Shown: positions 1-9,868 of the stretch, piece by piece
Layout of the letters: each line of letters starts with the position of its first letter
Numbering within the stretch: position 1 is the first letter of the stretch
DNA from: an uncultured bacterium
Lineage (GTDB): Bacteria; Krumholzibacteriota; Krumholzibacteriia; LZORAL124-64-63
Direction of reading: 5' to 3'
Assembly (NCBI GenBank): GCA_963732385.1
Contig: CAVSZB010000004.1
Coordinates: 168,989 to 232,988 of the forward strand
Length of the DNA: 64,000 bases
Position numbers and translations under genes: made by a program
The notes under the pieces: model-generated
The model's input: only the letters and a program-made list of their open reading frames with translations
What the model was told of the DNA's origin: nothing
Database searches by the model: none

Positions 1-1
1 G

Positions 2-607
2 CATTACGACACCCGCCCCCGCAGCGACCGCGACCCCGACCCGCGGCTGGCCGCCCTCCCCCTGATCGGCGCGAACGACGGTGCGAGCGGCGTGGCCGTC
101 CTGCTGCACCTGGCGGAACTGCTGGCGGCGCACCCCCCGGCGCGCGGTGTGGATCTCCTCTTTCTCGACGCGGAGGACTATGGACGGGAGGGGGATCCGG
201 CCAATTACTGCCTCGGTGCGACCCGTCTGGCGGCGCACTGGCGCGACTTCGGCAGCCCTCTGGCCGGCGGCAGTCCTGAGGGGCTCGTACTGCTCGACAT
301 GGTCGGAAAACGGGATCTGGCCATCCCCATGGAAGGGTATTCGCTGCGTCTGGCCGGTGCGTGGACGCGAACTGTCTTCGACCGGGCCGCAGAACTCGGG
401 CTGGACGCCTGCGTGCCCGCGGAGGGGCCCTCGGTCTGGGACGACCATGTGCCGTTCCTGCGGGCAGGGATACCGGCTGTCGATCTGATCGATTTCGACT
501 ATCCGCAGTGGCATACCTCGCGGGATACGCCGGAGATGTGTGACCCGGCCAGCCTGGAGCAGGTCGGCCGCCTGGTGACCGATCTCTGCTACCGGCCGGG
601 GCCCTGA
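2..607 (+). CDS. M28 family metallopeptidase (glutaminyl-cyclase-like), 5' partial
   Basis: Frame is open from base 2: HYDTRP...GANDGASGVAVLL, DAEDYG, LLDMVG, DDHVPF, WHT..DT are M28 zinc-ligand motifs. Confidence 0.9.
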   Translation, partial: HYDTRPRSDRDPDPRLAALPLIGANDGASGVAVLLHLAELLAAHPPARGVDLLFLDAEDYGREGDPANYCLGATRLAAHWRDFGSPLAGGSPEGLVLLDMVGKRDLAIPMEGYSLRLAGAWTRTVFDRAAELGLDACVPAEGPSVWDDHVPFLRAGIPAVDLIDFDYPQWHTSRDTPEMCDPASLEQVGRLVTDLCYRPGP

Positions 608-644
608 TTCCGCGCTCCCCGGTCCGCCCGGAGGCCGATTTCGC

Positions 645-673
645 TTGCCAAGGCTGGCCGACTGGCATATATT
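645..673 (+). promoter_or_regulatory. sigma70-type promoter of the rimP-nusA-infB operon
   Basis: TTGCCA (645-650), 17 nt spacer, TATATT (668-673). Confidence 0.7.
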
Positions 674-705
674 GGCCCCGGTCGGTGCACCTCGGGGGGG
701 GCTCG

Positions 706-733
706 GAAGTGGGCGTAAGTCCACTTCTTTTCT
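706..733 (+). promoter_or_regulatory. rimP leader terminator-like hairpin (attenuator)
   Basis: GAAGTGGG-cgtaag-TCCACTTC followed by TTTTCT between the promoter and rimP; resembles the conserved rimP-leader hairpin. Confidence 0.7.
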
Positions 734-774
734 TGTCGGGACCGCCCTCCTCCGGACGGTGTGCCGTGGGAAGG

Positions 775-1488
775 TTGCTGGTCTTGGATAAGGATGCGCT
801 CCGGCGCAGGATCACCGATCTCATAGAGAGTGAACTCGCCGCGGTCGGGTATGAACTGCTCGATGTGCGACTGTTTACCGGCGGTGGCCGTCTGCACGTG
901 CGGGTATTCTTGGATCGCGAGGGTGGGATCGGGCTGGATGGTTGTGTCGCGGCGGGCCGGACGATCGGAATGCTGCTCGAAGAGGCGGCGTTTCTCGGCG
1001 AGGCCTATGTGATCGAAGCCTCGTCGCCCGGTGTGCGGCGACCTCTGCGACTGCCGGCGCATTTCGCGGCGGTGATCGGGCAGCGGATCGAGTTGCGCGT
1101 CGGCCGGGGGCGGCAGACGACGCGGCGCGGGGTGCTGCTGGAGGTCGGTCCGGAGGGGTTGCGCCTACGCGCCGAGGCCGGTCCGGCGGCGCCGACCGGG
1201 GACGACGAGGAAGCGGATGCGGCCGGGGCTGTGGGTGAGACACCGGTTTTGACGCCGGTCGTGCTCCCCGACACGCCAAAGGCGGCGGAGGCGCGGTCGG
1301 AGGAGACGGAGTTTACCGTGGCGTGGGATGAACTCGCCGCGGCGAACCTCGATCCTGATTTCGACATTCAGACGCTTATCAACGCCGACCGACGGCGTCG
1401 GCGGGACGAGCGCAAGACGCGGCAGGGCCAGGCCAGGGAGGCGCGGGAGGCGCGCCTGGCGCGAAGGCGGCGTCCCAGGGCGGAGTAG
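775..1488 (+). CDS. rimP: ribosome maturation factor RimP
   Basis: GYELLDV..VRVFLDREGGIGLDGC..YVIEASSPGVRRPL; first gene of the nusA operon. Start uncertain (TTG 775 or 784). Confidence 0.92.
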   Translation: MLVLDKDALRRRITDLIESELAAVGYELLDVRLFTGGGRLHVRVFLDREGGIGLDGCVAAGRTIGMLLEEAAFLGEAYVIEASSPGVRRPLRLPAHFAAVIGQRIELRVGRGRQTTRRGVLLEVGPEGLRLRAEAGPAAPTGDDEEADAAGAVGETPVLTPVVLPDTPKAAEARSEETEFTVAWDELAAANLDPDFDIQTLINADRRRRRDERKTRQGQAREAREARLARRRRPRAE

Positions 1489-1543
1489 GGCGGCGCGGGC
1501 GGACCGTCCGTGGCGCGCGACAGTTTTACGGGAGCGGTGCCAG

Positions 1544-3061
1544 ATGGATTACAATGTCCTTGACGCCCTGGCGATGATCACGCGGGAGAAGTCCGTCGAC
1601 CGCCGGATCGTCATTGAATCGCTTGTGGCCGGCCTGCAGTCCGCCGCCAAGAAGAAGGTGGGGGCCGATGCCGTGGTCGATGCGCGTGTCGACGAAACCA
1701 CCGGCGAGATGGTGGTCGAGCAGGTGAAAATCGTCGTGGAGCAGGTGGAGGTCGCCGACGCCCAGATCTCGCTGGCCGAAGCGCAGGTCGAATTCGGCGA
1801 CCAGGTCCTGCCGGGCGACGAGGTGCGCTGGGAACTGCCGCTGGAGACTTTCGGCCGCAATGCGATCCTGGTTGCCAAGCAGATTCTCGTGCAGAAGGTG
1901 CGCGAGGCCGAGCGGAATCAGATCTTCGAGGACTTCAAGGATCGCGCCAACGAGATCGTGGTCGGCACGATCCAGCAGGTGGACCGCGGGAACGTGCTCG
2001 TGAACCTGGGCCGCGTGGAGGCTCTGCTGCCGTACCGCGAGCAGATCCGGGGCGAGAAGTACCACCAGGGCAAGACGGTCCGGGCTCTGATCATCGAAGT
2101 GCTGGACAACGCCAAGGGTCCGCAGGTCATCCTCTCGCGCAGCCACCCCGGGTTCCTGAAGTCGCTGTTCGCGCAGGAGGTGCCGGAGATCCAGGAGGGC
2201 ATCGTCGAGATCAAGGCGGTGGCCCGCGAGCCGGGCACCCGTTCCAAGATCGCCGTCGTATCGCGCGATGACCGCGTGGACGCCGTCGGCTCGTGCGTCG
2301 GCATGAAGGGAAGCCGCGTGCAGGCGGTTACCCGTGAACTGGCCGGCGAGCGGATCGACATCGTGCCGTGGAGCGCCGAGCCGTCCCTGCTCATCAGCCG
2401 CGCGCTCAGCCCGGCCGAGGTCAGTTCGATCGTGCTGGACGAGGAGCGGCACTCCGCCACGGTCATCGTCAGCGACGACCAGCTTTCCAAGGCGATCGGC
2501 AAAGAGGGCAAGAATGTCCGCCTCGCCGCCAAGCTTACGGAGTGGAAGATCAACCTCGTCTCGGCCCGCGAGCATCACCTGCGCCAGCGGATCACGCAGG
2601 AGATGTCGATGGAGCTTGAGGAGATGTCGGGCGTGACCGCCCGCATCTCCGGGCTGCTGGGCGAGGCCGGCATCTCCACGATCGCGGAGTTGGCGGAGGC
2701 GACCATCGGGCAGCTCGAGGCTATACCCGGCATCGGCCCCAAGACGGCCGAAGCGCTCGCCGGCACGGCCCGCGCCACGCTGGACGAACTGCAGCAGCAG
2801 ATCGAGGCGACCGTGAAGGAGGAGCTGGCCCGGCTGGCAGCCGAGGAGAAACCGCTCTTCGACGAGAGCGTCTTCAGCGGGAACGAGGTCGTCCCGGATG
2901 GCACTCCGGCCGAGCCGACCGGCCCGGAGGATGTCCCGATGCCCGAGGGGAATATCTTCGCGGGGTTCGATGAGCTGGTCGATCCCGAGGGTGAGCGCCC
3001 GGCCGACGAGCCGCCGGCGCCCAAGGTCGATCCGTTCGCCGGATCGGGCCTGGACGATTGA
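1544..3061 (+). CDS. nusA: transcription termination/antitermination factor NusA
   Basis: FGRNAILVAKQ, S1 domain, AREPGTRSKIAV, GSCVGMKGSRV, AIGKEGKNVRLAAKLT KH motifs, C-terminal HhH repeats; ATG 1544 after GGAG. Confidence 0.98.
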   Translation: MDYNVLDALAMITREKSVDRRIVIESLVAGLQSAAKKKVGADAVVDARVDETTGEMVVEQVKIVVEQVEVADAQISLAEAQVEFGDQVLPGDEVRWELPLETFGRNAILVAKQILVQKVREAERNQIFEDFKDRANEIVVGTIQQVDRGNVLVNLGRVEALLPYREQIRGEKYHQGKTVRALIIEVLDNAKGPQVILSRSHPGFLKSLFAQEVPEIQEGIVEIKAVAREPGTRSKIAVVSRDDRVDAVGSCVGMKGSRVQAVTRELAGERIDIVPWSAEPSLLISRALSPAEVSSIVLDEERHSATVIVSDDQLSKAIGKEGKNVRLAAKLTEWKINLVSAREHHLRQRITQEMSMELEEMSGVTARISGLLGEAGISTIAELAEATIGQLEAIPGIGPKTAEALAGTARATLDELQQQIEATVKEELARLAAEEKPLFDESVFSGNEVVPDGTPAEPTGPEDVPMPEGNIFAGFDELVDPEGERPADEPPAPKVDPFAGSGLDD

Positions 3062-3071
3062 GCGCGCGGCC

Positions 3072-3398
3072 GTGACGGACGGAATCGGGCCCCGGCTGCT
3101 CGGCCTGTTGGGCCTGGCACGGCGGGCGGGGAAGCTCGCCGTGGGGACCTCGGCGGTGGAGCGGATGATCCACGAGGGTCGGCGGCCGCTGCTGATCATC
3201 GCGAGCGACGCCGGGGAGGGACCGCGGGCGCGGTTACTGCGCCTTGCGCCGGTGCGGGCGGTGCTCGCGGATGTCGTGAGCAGGGACGATCTGGCGATGG
3301 CGCTGGGACGCAAGGAATTGACGGTGGTCGCCGTGAGCGACCCGGACTTCGTGCAGGGGATCGAGCGGCTGGCCGGGGAGGCCGGCGGCCGGAGGTGA
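3072..3398 (+). CDS. L7Ae/YlxQ-family RNA-binding protein
   Basis: LLGLLGLARRAGKLAVG..LIIASDA..LAMALGRKELTVVAVSD; canonical position between nusA and infB. Confidence 0.88.
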   Translation: MTDGIGPRLLGLLGLARRAGKLAVGTSAVERMIHEGRRPLLIIASDAGEGPRARLLRLAPVRAVLADVVSRDDLAMALGRKELTVVAVSDPDFVQGIERLAGEAGGRR

Positions 3399-3404
3399 GC
3401 CGTC

Positions 3405-6269
3405 TTGGCGAGGAAGCTCAGAGTTTACGAACTCGCGAAGCACTACGGCGTGGAAAGCCCGACCATCATGGCCATCCTGCGCCAGATGAAGGCCGAGGCG
3501 AAGAGCCACATGAGCGTCGTCGAAGATGACGCGGTGGATCGCATCCACGCCCGCTTCCAACGCGAGCGAGAGCTGGCGCGGCTCAACTATGCCCGGGCCC
3601 ACGGGCTGGATCCCGAGAAACTGAAGCATGTGGCCAGCCTGCGCGAGTTGCCGCGACCGGAGCCGGCCGTGCAGGAGGAGAAGGCGCCCCCGACAGCCAG
3701 GAAGGCGCCGGCCCGGAAGGCGCCCGCGAAGAACAAGATCGTCATCATCAAGAAGGCAGGCACGCGCACGGCCGTGACGCTGGCGAAGGCCAAGGCTCGC
3801 GAGCGTGACGAGACGTCGGCTGCCGAGCGGTCGGCGGCGCGCGATACGAAGGTCGTCAAGAAACTGGTGCGACGTTCGCTGGATCCGCCTCCACCGCCTC
3901 CCACGCCGGCGCCTCCCGAGATCGCCGTGGTCCCTGATTCGCCGGCCCCGGCGTCCGAGGCGACGACCGTCGCCGCGGCGCCGGACATGCCGGTGGATCC
4001 GGAGGCCCCGTTCGCGCCGCCGGTCGAGGCCGCGCCCGAAGTCGCCGCGTCCGAGACGCCTGCGGTCGGCGATGAGTCGGTTGCGACCGCGCCGACGGAC
4101 GTTCCGGCCGAGCCGGCCAAGCCGGCGACTCCGGTCCGACGCGGCGCCCGGATCGTCCGCCTCGGCCCTGGGGCGCCCACCAAGACGACGTACAGCCACC
4201 CGCGGGCGGCGTTGATCGATCCGGGCGTGTCGGGTGAATTGCCGGTGCCGGGCGAGGTTGCCGCGGCCGGGTTGGGCAAGGACGCCAAGGATTCCGTGAA
4301 GGAATCGGTCAAGGCTGCCATCCGCAAGCGGAAGGATGCCAAGGCCCAGGAAGAGGCGGAGCAGGTCCTGCGCAAGCGGGTCCGGCATCGCCGCAAGAAG
4401 ATCGACGAGGCCGAGGTCGCCAAGAACGTCAAGCAGACGCTGGCGCAGATCGAGACCGGTCCGGGGCGTCGCCATCGGGCTCGCCGGTCGGATCAGGCGG
4501 AAGAGACGGTTGAAGAGGGAGATCTGTTGCGCGTGACCGAGTTCATCACTGTCCAGCAGATGGCCGAGAAGCTGGAGGTGCAGGCTCGCGACGTGATCGG
4601 CAAGCTGTTCGCGCTCGGCATAATGGCCACGATCAACCAGCGGCTTGACCACGACCAGATCGAGCTGGTGGCGTCGGAGTTCGAACGCGACGTCGAGTTT
4701 CTCGGCGAGGATGACGAGATCCTGGCGGAGGAGGAGATCCAGCCCGAGGATCTGGTTCACCGCGCACCGGTAGTGACGGTCATGGGGCACGTCGACCACG
4801 GCAAGACGTCGTTGCTCGACACCATCCGTCGTACCAACGTGATCGCCGGCGAGGTGGGCGGCATCACGCAGCACATTGGCGCCTACCGCGTGGAAACACC
4901 GGGCGGGCCGATCACCTTCCTCGACACGCCGGGCCACGAGGCCTTCACCGCGATGCGCGCCCGCGGCGCCCAGGTGACCGATATCGTCATCCTGGTGGTG
5001 GCGGCCGACGACCGGATTATGCCGCAGACGGTCGAGGCGATCAATCATGCCAAGGCTGCCGGGGTGCCGCTTATCGTCGCCATCAACAAGATCGACCTGC
5101 CGTCGGCGCGCCCCGAGCTCGTGAAGCAGGACCTGCTGCAGCACGGCATTGTCCTGGAGGACTTCGGCGGCCAGGCGCTCAGCGCCGAGATCTCGGCCAA
5201 GAAGAACATCAACGTGGACAAGCTGCTCGATCTCGTGCACCTGCAGGCGGATGTGCTCGAACTCAGGGCGAGTCCCAAGGGCCACGCGCGCGGCACGGTC
5301 GTGGAGGCTTCCAAGGAACCGGGTCGCGGCGTCCTCTTCACTGTGCTGATCGACAAGGGCACGCTGAAGGTCGGGGACAATTTCGTGTCCGGGATGCAGG
5401 ACGGCAAGGTGCGTGCGCTGCATGACGAGCGCGGTGACGCCCTGCAGGAGGTCGGTCCGGGTGAGCCGGCGGTCATCATGGGCGCCAACGATGTGCCTGA
5501 GGCCGGCGACCGTTTCAATGTTGTCGAGAGCGAGCGCGAGGCCCGGGACATCGCCACGCGGCGCCGCACCCTGCAACGGCAGCAACAGCAGGCGCGGCCC
5601 AAGCGTCAGGTCAACCTGGACAACCTCGCCGCCATGATCAGCAGCCAGGCGCTCAAGGAATTGCCCATCATCGTCAAGGGCGATGTGGCCGGTTCCGTGG
5701 AGGCCCTCTGCGATCAGTTGATGCAGCTGAACACGGAAGAGGTCCAGATCAAGATCGTCCACAAGGCGGTGGGCGCGGTCACGGAATCGGATGTCCTGCT
5801 GGCCGCGAACACGGGCGCGATGATCGTCGGGTTCCATCTGCGTCCCGGCTCGACCGTGCGCGAGAAGGCGAAGCAGGAGGGGGTGACGATCGAGGTCTTC
5901 GACATCATCTACGAGGCCGTCGACACCCTGAAGAAGGCGATGGCCGGCCTGCTCGGCACGATCGAGCGCGAGGTGCCCACCGGCTCGGCGGAGGTCCGTA
6001 TGGTCTTCACCATCCCGAAGACCGGCCAGATCGCCGGCTCGTACGTCACCAACGGTTCGATCCTGCGCAACTCTCGGGCGCGACTGGTGCGCAGCGAGGT
6101 CATGATCTTCGAGGGCAAGATCAACTCGCTGAAGCGGTTCAAGGACGACGCGCGCGAAGTCCAGACCGGCTTCGAGTGCGGTATCGGACTCGAGAACTTC
6201 CACGACCTGCAGCCCGGGGACGTCATCGAGACCTACCGCATCGAGGAGATCGTCCGCACCGAGTTGTAG
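3405..6269 (+). CDS. infB: translation initiation factor IF-2
   Basis: RVYELAK N-domain; [34 protein letters not shown]-motifs; [15 protein letters not shown]-terminus. Confidence 0.99.
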   Translation: MARKLRVYELAKHYGVESPTIMAILRQMKAEAKSHMSVVEDDAVDRIHARFQRERELARLNYARAHGLDPEKLKHVASLRELPRPEPAVQEEKAPPTARKAPARKAPAKNKIVIIKKAGTRTAVTLAKAKARERDETSAAERSAARDTKVVKKLVRRSLDPPPPPPTPAPPEIAVVPDSPAPASEATTVAAAPDMPVDPEAPFAPPVEAAPEVAASETPAVGDESVATAPTDVPAEPAKPATPVRRGARIVRLGPGAPTKTTYSHPRAALIDPGVSGELPVPGEVAAAGLGKDAKDSVKESVKAAIRKRKDAKAQEEAEQVLRKRVRHRRKKIDEAEVAKNVKQTLAQIETGPGRRHRARRSDQAEETVEEGDLLRVTEFITVQQMAEKLEVQARDVIGKLFALGIMATINQRLDHDQIELVASEFERDVEFLGEDDEILAEEEIQPEDLVHRAPVVTVMGHVDHGKTSLLDTIRRTNVIAGEVGGITQHIGAYRVETPGGPITFLDTPGHEAFTAMRARGAQVTDIVILVVAADDRIMPQTVEAINHAKAAGVPLIVAINKIDLPSARPELVKQDLLQHGIVLEDFGGQALSAEISAKKNINVDKLLDLVHLQADVLELRASPKGHARGTVVEASKEPGRGVLFTVLIDKGTLKVGDNFVSGMQDGKVRALHDERGDALQEVGPGEPAVIMGANDVPEAGDRFNVVESEREARDIATRRRTLQRQQQQARPKRQVNLDNLAAMISSQALKELPIIVKGDVAGSVEALCDQLMQLNTEEVQIKIVHKAVGAVTESDVLLAANTGAMIVGFHLRPGSTVREKAKQEGVTIEVFDIIYEAVDTLKKAMAGLLGTIEREVPTGSAEVRMVFTIPKTGQIAGSYVTNGSILRNSRARLVRSEVMIFEGKINSLKRFKDDAREVQTGFECGIGLENFHDLQPGDVIETYRIEEIVRTEL

Positions 6270-6281
6270 GCGGGGGCGGCC

Positions 6282-7688
6282 ATGACGACGAGTCCTTACA
6301 AAGGCGTGAAACTCAACGCCTCGATCCACAAGACCCTGGCCGAGCTGTTGCAGCAGTCGGCCAAGGACCCGCGACTCGAAATGGTCTCGATCGTCAGCGT
6401 GGAGCTGAACCGGGACCGTTCGGTGGCCAAGGTATTCTGGTCCACTCTCGGCGCCGACGGTGAGCGCGAAGCCTGCGCGAAGGCCCTGAGGCGGGCGCGC
6501 GGTTTCCTGCAGAGCCGCCTCGGCGACATCCTCCGGCTGCGCGAGACCCCCGAACTGCGCTTCTACCCGGACGAAACGCTCGATCGCAGCCTGGGCGTGG
6601 ACGAGGTGCTGCGCGAACTGGCCACCCGGGGCGAGTTCGAAGACGAGGCGGCTCGTCGACGTCGGCTCGTGCTGGCCGATCTGGTCCCGCCCGCCGACCT
6701 GCTCGCCGCGCTGCGCCGGGCGGAGCGGCTCTGGCTCGTGCCCCACTGGAACCCCGATCCTGATGCGATGGGGGCCTGCCTCGCCCTCGCCGGCGCTCTG
6801 CACGCCCTGGGCAAGGAGGTGCGGGTGTTCTCCTACCCCGATCCGCCGGCAGGGTTCGCCGCGCTGCCGGGCCATCCCCGGCGGACCACACCGGCCGCGG
6901 AGGCCGCCGGTCTGCTGCTGTCCGCTCCGCCCGACACGCTGCTGATGCTCGACTGCCACCGGCGTGAGCGGGCCGAACCGCTGGCCGACGTGCTCGCGCA
7001 CGTGGCAAACGCCTGGACCATCGACCACCACCTCACGAGCGGACGGCGGCAGGCGCTGCCGGGCTGGATCGAGCCGGTGGCGGATTCGACCTGCACTCTG
7101 GTCTACCGGGTGATCGAGGAGCTGGCGCGCGGCGATGCGGCGGGTGACGGCGGCTTCACGCCCGATCCCGGCATGCTGACGAACATCTACGCGGGGATCG
7201 TGAACGACACCGGAGGTTTCCGCTTCCCGAGCACCCTGCCGCTCACCTTCGAACTCGCCCATACCCTCGCCCGTGCCGGGGTGGACACCGCCGCCGTGAC
7301 CGAGGCGACCCTGCATCGTCGCTCCCGCGCGGCCACCGCCCTGCTGCAGAAGGTGCTCGCCAGCTACACGTACCACGCCCGCGGCCGGGTTCTCACCCTG
7401 CGCGCGGATCTCGCGATGCTGGCCGAGACGGGGGCCGTGGCGGCCGACACCGAGGGGATGCTCATGCTGGCAAGCGCCGTCGAGGGGGTGGCGTTCGTGG
7501 TCTTCCTCAAGCAGATCGAAGCGGATCGCTGGCGCGCCTCCCTGCGTGCCCCCGGCGGTGGCGACGTGCAGATTGCCGCCGCCCGCTTCGGCGGCGGCGG
7601 ACACCGGGCGGCGGCCGGCTGCACGCTGGTCGGCGAACCGGACGCCCTGGAGCGCGAACTGGTGGACGCTCTCCTGGAGCAGTTGTAG
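6282..7688 (+). CDS. rbfA: RbfA fused to a DHH/DHHA1 (NrnA-like) phosphoesterase
   Basis: About aa 1-119 RbfA (KDPRL..SIVSVELNRD..LRETPELRF); then HWNPDPDAMG, MLDC, IDHH, GIVNDTGGF, SLRA, GGGGHRAAAG in one ORF. Confidence 0.92.
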   Translation: MTTSPYKGVKLNASIHKTLAELLQQSAKDPRLEMVSIVSVELNRDRSVAKVFWSTLGADGEREACAKALRRARGFLQSRLGDILRLRETPELRFYPDETLDRSLGVDEVLRELATRGEFEDEAARRRRLVLADLVPPADLLAALRRAERLWLVPHWNPDPDAMGACLALAGALHALGKEVRVFSYPDPPAGFAALPGHPRRTTPAAEAAGLLLSAPPDTLLMLDCHRRERAEPLADVLAHVANAWTIDHHLTSGRRQALPGWIEPVADSTCTLVYRVIEELARGDAAGDGGFTPDPGMLTNIYAGIVNDTGGFRFPSTLPLTFELAHTLARAGVDTAAVTEATLHRRSRAATALLQKVLASYTYHARGRVLTLRADLAMLAETGAVAADTEGMLMLASAVEGVAFVVFLKQIEADRWRASLRAPGGGDVQIAAARFGGGGHRAAAGCTLVGEPDALERELVDALLEQL

Positions 7689-8756
7689 GTGGCATTACGC
7701 GACGGTGTCCTGCTGCTGGACAAGCCGGCCGGCCCGACCTCCTTCCAGACCGTGGCGATCGCGCGCGGGGTGCTCAGGGCCGCCTGGGGCGGACCGCGGC
7801 CGCGTGTCGGGCATGCCGGCAGCCTCGATCCGCTCGCCACCGGGCTGCTCTTGGTGATGGTCGGCGCCGCGACCCGCCTGTCGCCCTGGCTCATGGGGCT
7901 CGACAAAACCTATCTCCTGACCGCCCGCTTCGGTGTCGGCACCGATACGCTCGATGCCGACGGAGCCGTGACCGGGCGTCTGCCGGTCGACCGCGGCCCG
8001 GAGGCGCTGACCGCCGCCCTGGCCCGCTTCCGCGGCGGGATCGACCAGGTGCCGCCGGCCTATTCGGCGCTCAAACGGGACGGCGAACGCCTGTACAAGC
8101 TGGCGCGTGAGGGACGCGAATTGCCGGAATTGACGCCACGGCGGGTGCGGATCGACCGGCTGGACTTGCTGGCGACGCGCTGGGGCGTCACACCTGACCG
8201 GGTGGACGCGCCGCCCGCTCCGGCGTTGCCTGCCGTCTCTGCCGAGATGGACGCCGGTTTGCCGCGGCCGTCTGACTGCCTGATTTACGAGGCCGATCTC
8301 GTGGTCGATTGCACCAGCGGTACCTATGTGCGGGCCCTCGTGCGCGACCTTGCCGCCTTCCTCGGCACGCTCGGGCACGTACGCCGCCTGCGCCGGGAGC
8401 GGGTGGGCCCGTTCGTTGTGACCGACGCCGTCCCGCCCGACGCGCTGCGCGACGCCGCGGCGCTGGTCGGTGGTCTGCGCGCTCCGGCCGCCGGGATAGC
8501 GCACCTGCCGGAGGTGCGACTGCGCGTGGAAGAGGCGCGGGCGGTGCGCCACGGCGCGGCGCCCGAGCCGGCCTGGCTGGCGCGGTTGGGGCGGGCGCCG
8601 TGGGAGGATCCCAAGAGCGGCGACCAGTTCTTCACGCTGCTGGACGAGGCGGGAGAGTTGGCGGCGGTCGTCACGCGTCGCGCCAGCGGCGGGGCTCTGC
8701 GCCTGGCGGCGGTGTTTGCCGCAGCCGGTGCTCCGGATCGGGGGAGGGCGGCGTGA
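7689..8756 (+). CDS. truB: tRNA pseudouridine(55) synthase TruB
   Basis: LDKPAGPTS, VGHAGSLDPLATGLL, QVPPAYSALK, CTSGTYVRALVRD. Confidence 0.96.
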   Translation: MALRDGVLLLDKPAGPTSFQTVAIARGVLRAAWGGPRPRVGHAGSLDPLATGLLLVMVGAATRLSPWLMGLDKTYLLTARFGVGTDTLDADGAVTGRLPVDRGPEALTAALARFRGGIDQVPPAYSALKRDGERLYKLAREGRELPELTPRRVRIDRLDLLATRWGVTPDRVDAPPAPALPAVSAEMDAGLPRPSDCLIYEADLVVDCTSGTYVRALVRDLAAFLGTLGHVRRLRRERVGPFVVTDAVPPDALRDAAALVGGLRAPAAGIAHLPEVRLRVEEARAVRHGAAPEPAWLARLGRAPWEDPKSGDQFFTLLDEAGELAAVVTRRASGGALRLAAVFAAAGAPDRGRAA

Positions 8757-9838
8757 AGCTGATCCACCTGACCGGGACGACGATCGACGAACTGCTCGGC
8801 GGCCGGCTCGATGGTCGGCATCCCGACGCCGCCCCCTGTGCCCTCTCGCTCGGCGCGTTCGACGGCCTGCACCTCGGCCACCGGCGGCTGATCGCAACGG
8901 TGCGCGAGGCGCAGGCGCGGCTCGGTCTGCCGGTCAGCGCGCTGTTCACTTTCCGCCATCACCCACGGCAGTTGCTCGATCCGGACGGGGCGCCGGCGCT
9001 GTTGACGCCGTGGCGCGAGCGGCTGGCGCTGCTGGACGGGCTCGGTCTCGATCTCCTGGTTGCCGCCGACTTCTGTCCCGCCCTCGCGCGCACGCCGTAC
9101 GACGACTTCGTGCGCCTGTTTCTCGTGGGGCATCTTGGCCTGCGTTACATGGTGGCGGGCCACGACGTGCATCTCGGCGCCGGACGGGGCGGTAACGCCG
9201 CCACCCTGGCGGCGCTCGGTCCGGTGCTCGGCTACGGCTTCGAGGAGGTGCCGGTCCTCGAGGTGGACGGGCGGGTCGTCAGCAGTTCCGTCATCCGCCG
9301 CTGTCTTGCCGCCGGCGACGTGGCGGACGCAGCCGTCCTGCTCGGTCGCCCTTACGCGCTCTGGGGCGAGGTGGGTCCCGGCGACGGTCGTGGCGACACC
9401 ATCGGTTTCCCAACCGCCAACATCACTCCGTTCGAAGCGCAAAAACTCCTGCCGGCGCCCGGAGTCTACGCCGTCCGGGTGCTGGTGCCGGCTGATCTCG
9501 CGGCTCGCGGCGCGGCGTGGGGGGCCGACTCCGTTGTACGCGCGACCCCCCCCTCCACGGCGGCGGGTGACGAGTACGTTGTCGGTCCCGCGACCGCCTG
9601 GCGCAGCCTGCCCGGCATGCTGAATTACGGCTGTGCTCCGACCTTCCACGCCGGCGGTCTCGATCGTCCCCGGGTCGAGGCGCACCTGTTCGACTTCGCG
9701 GGCGACCTGCGCGGACGCACCGTGCGCATCGATTGGATCGCCCGTCTGCGCGACGAGCGCCGATTCCCCGGCGTCGACGCTCTCGTCGCCCAGCTTGCCC
9801 ACGACCGCGAGGCGGCCCTGCGCGCGCTCATCGACTGA
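8753..9838 (+). CDS. ribF: bifunctional riboflavin kinase/FAD synthetase
   Basis: GAFDGLHLGH, VSSSVIR, GDGRGDTIGFPTAN, VEAHLFDF, LRDERRF; GTGA overlap with the truB stop. Confidence 0.96.
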   Translation: MKLIHLTGTTIDELLGGRLDGRHPDAAPCALSLGAFDGLHLGHRRLIATVREAQARLGLPVSALFTFRHHPRQLLDPDGAPALLTPWRERLALLDGLGLDLLVAADFCPALARTPYDDFVRLFLVGHLGLRYMVAGHDVHLGAGRGGNAATLAALGPVLGYGFEEVPVLEVDGRVVSSSVIRRCLAAGDVADAAVLLGRPYALWGEVGPGDGRGDTIGFPTANITPFEAQKLLPAPGVYAVRVLVPADLAARGAAWGADSVVRATPPSTAAGDEYVVGPATAWRSLPGMLNYGCAPTFHAGGLDRPRVEAHLFDFAGDLRGRTVRIDWIARLRDERRFPGVDALVAQLAHDREAALRALID

Positions 9839-9868
9839 CGCTCTTCCATCGCCCGCACATTTTCTCGT

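Noticed and set aside
3660..4260. Pro/Ala-rich low-complexity segment in IF-2
   Set aside because: Typical variable N-terminal region of IF-2 in high-GC bacteria.
3234..7604. Very long antisense ORFs (1456 aa here; also 14348-17491, 48570-50681, 49922-52156)
   Set aside because: Shadow ORFs opposite well-conserved genes, expected from high-GC codon bias; no recognisable motifs.
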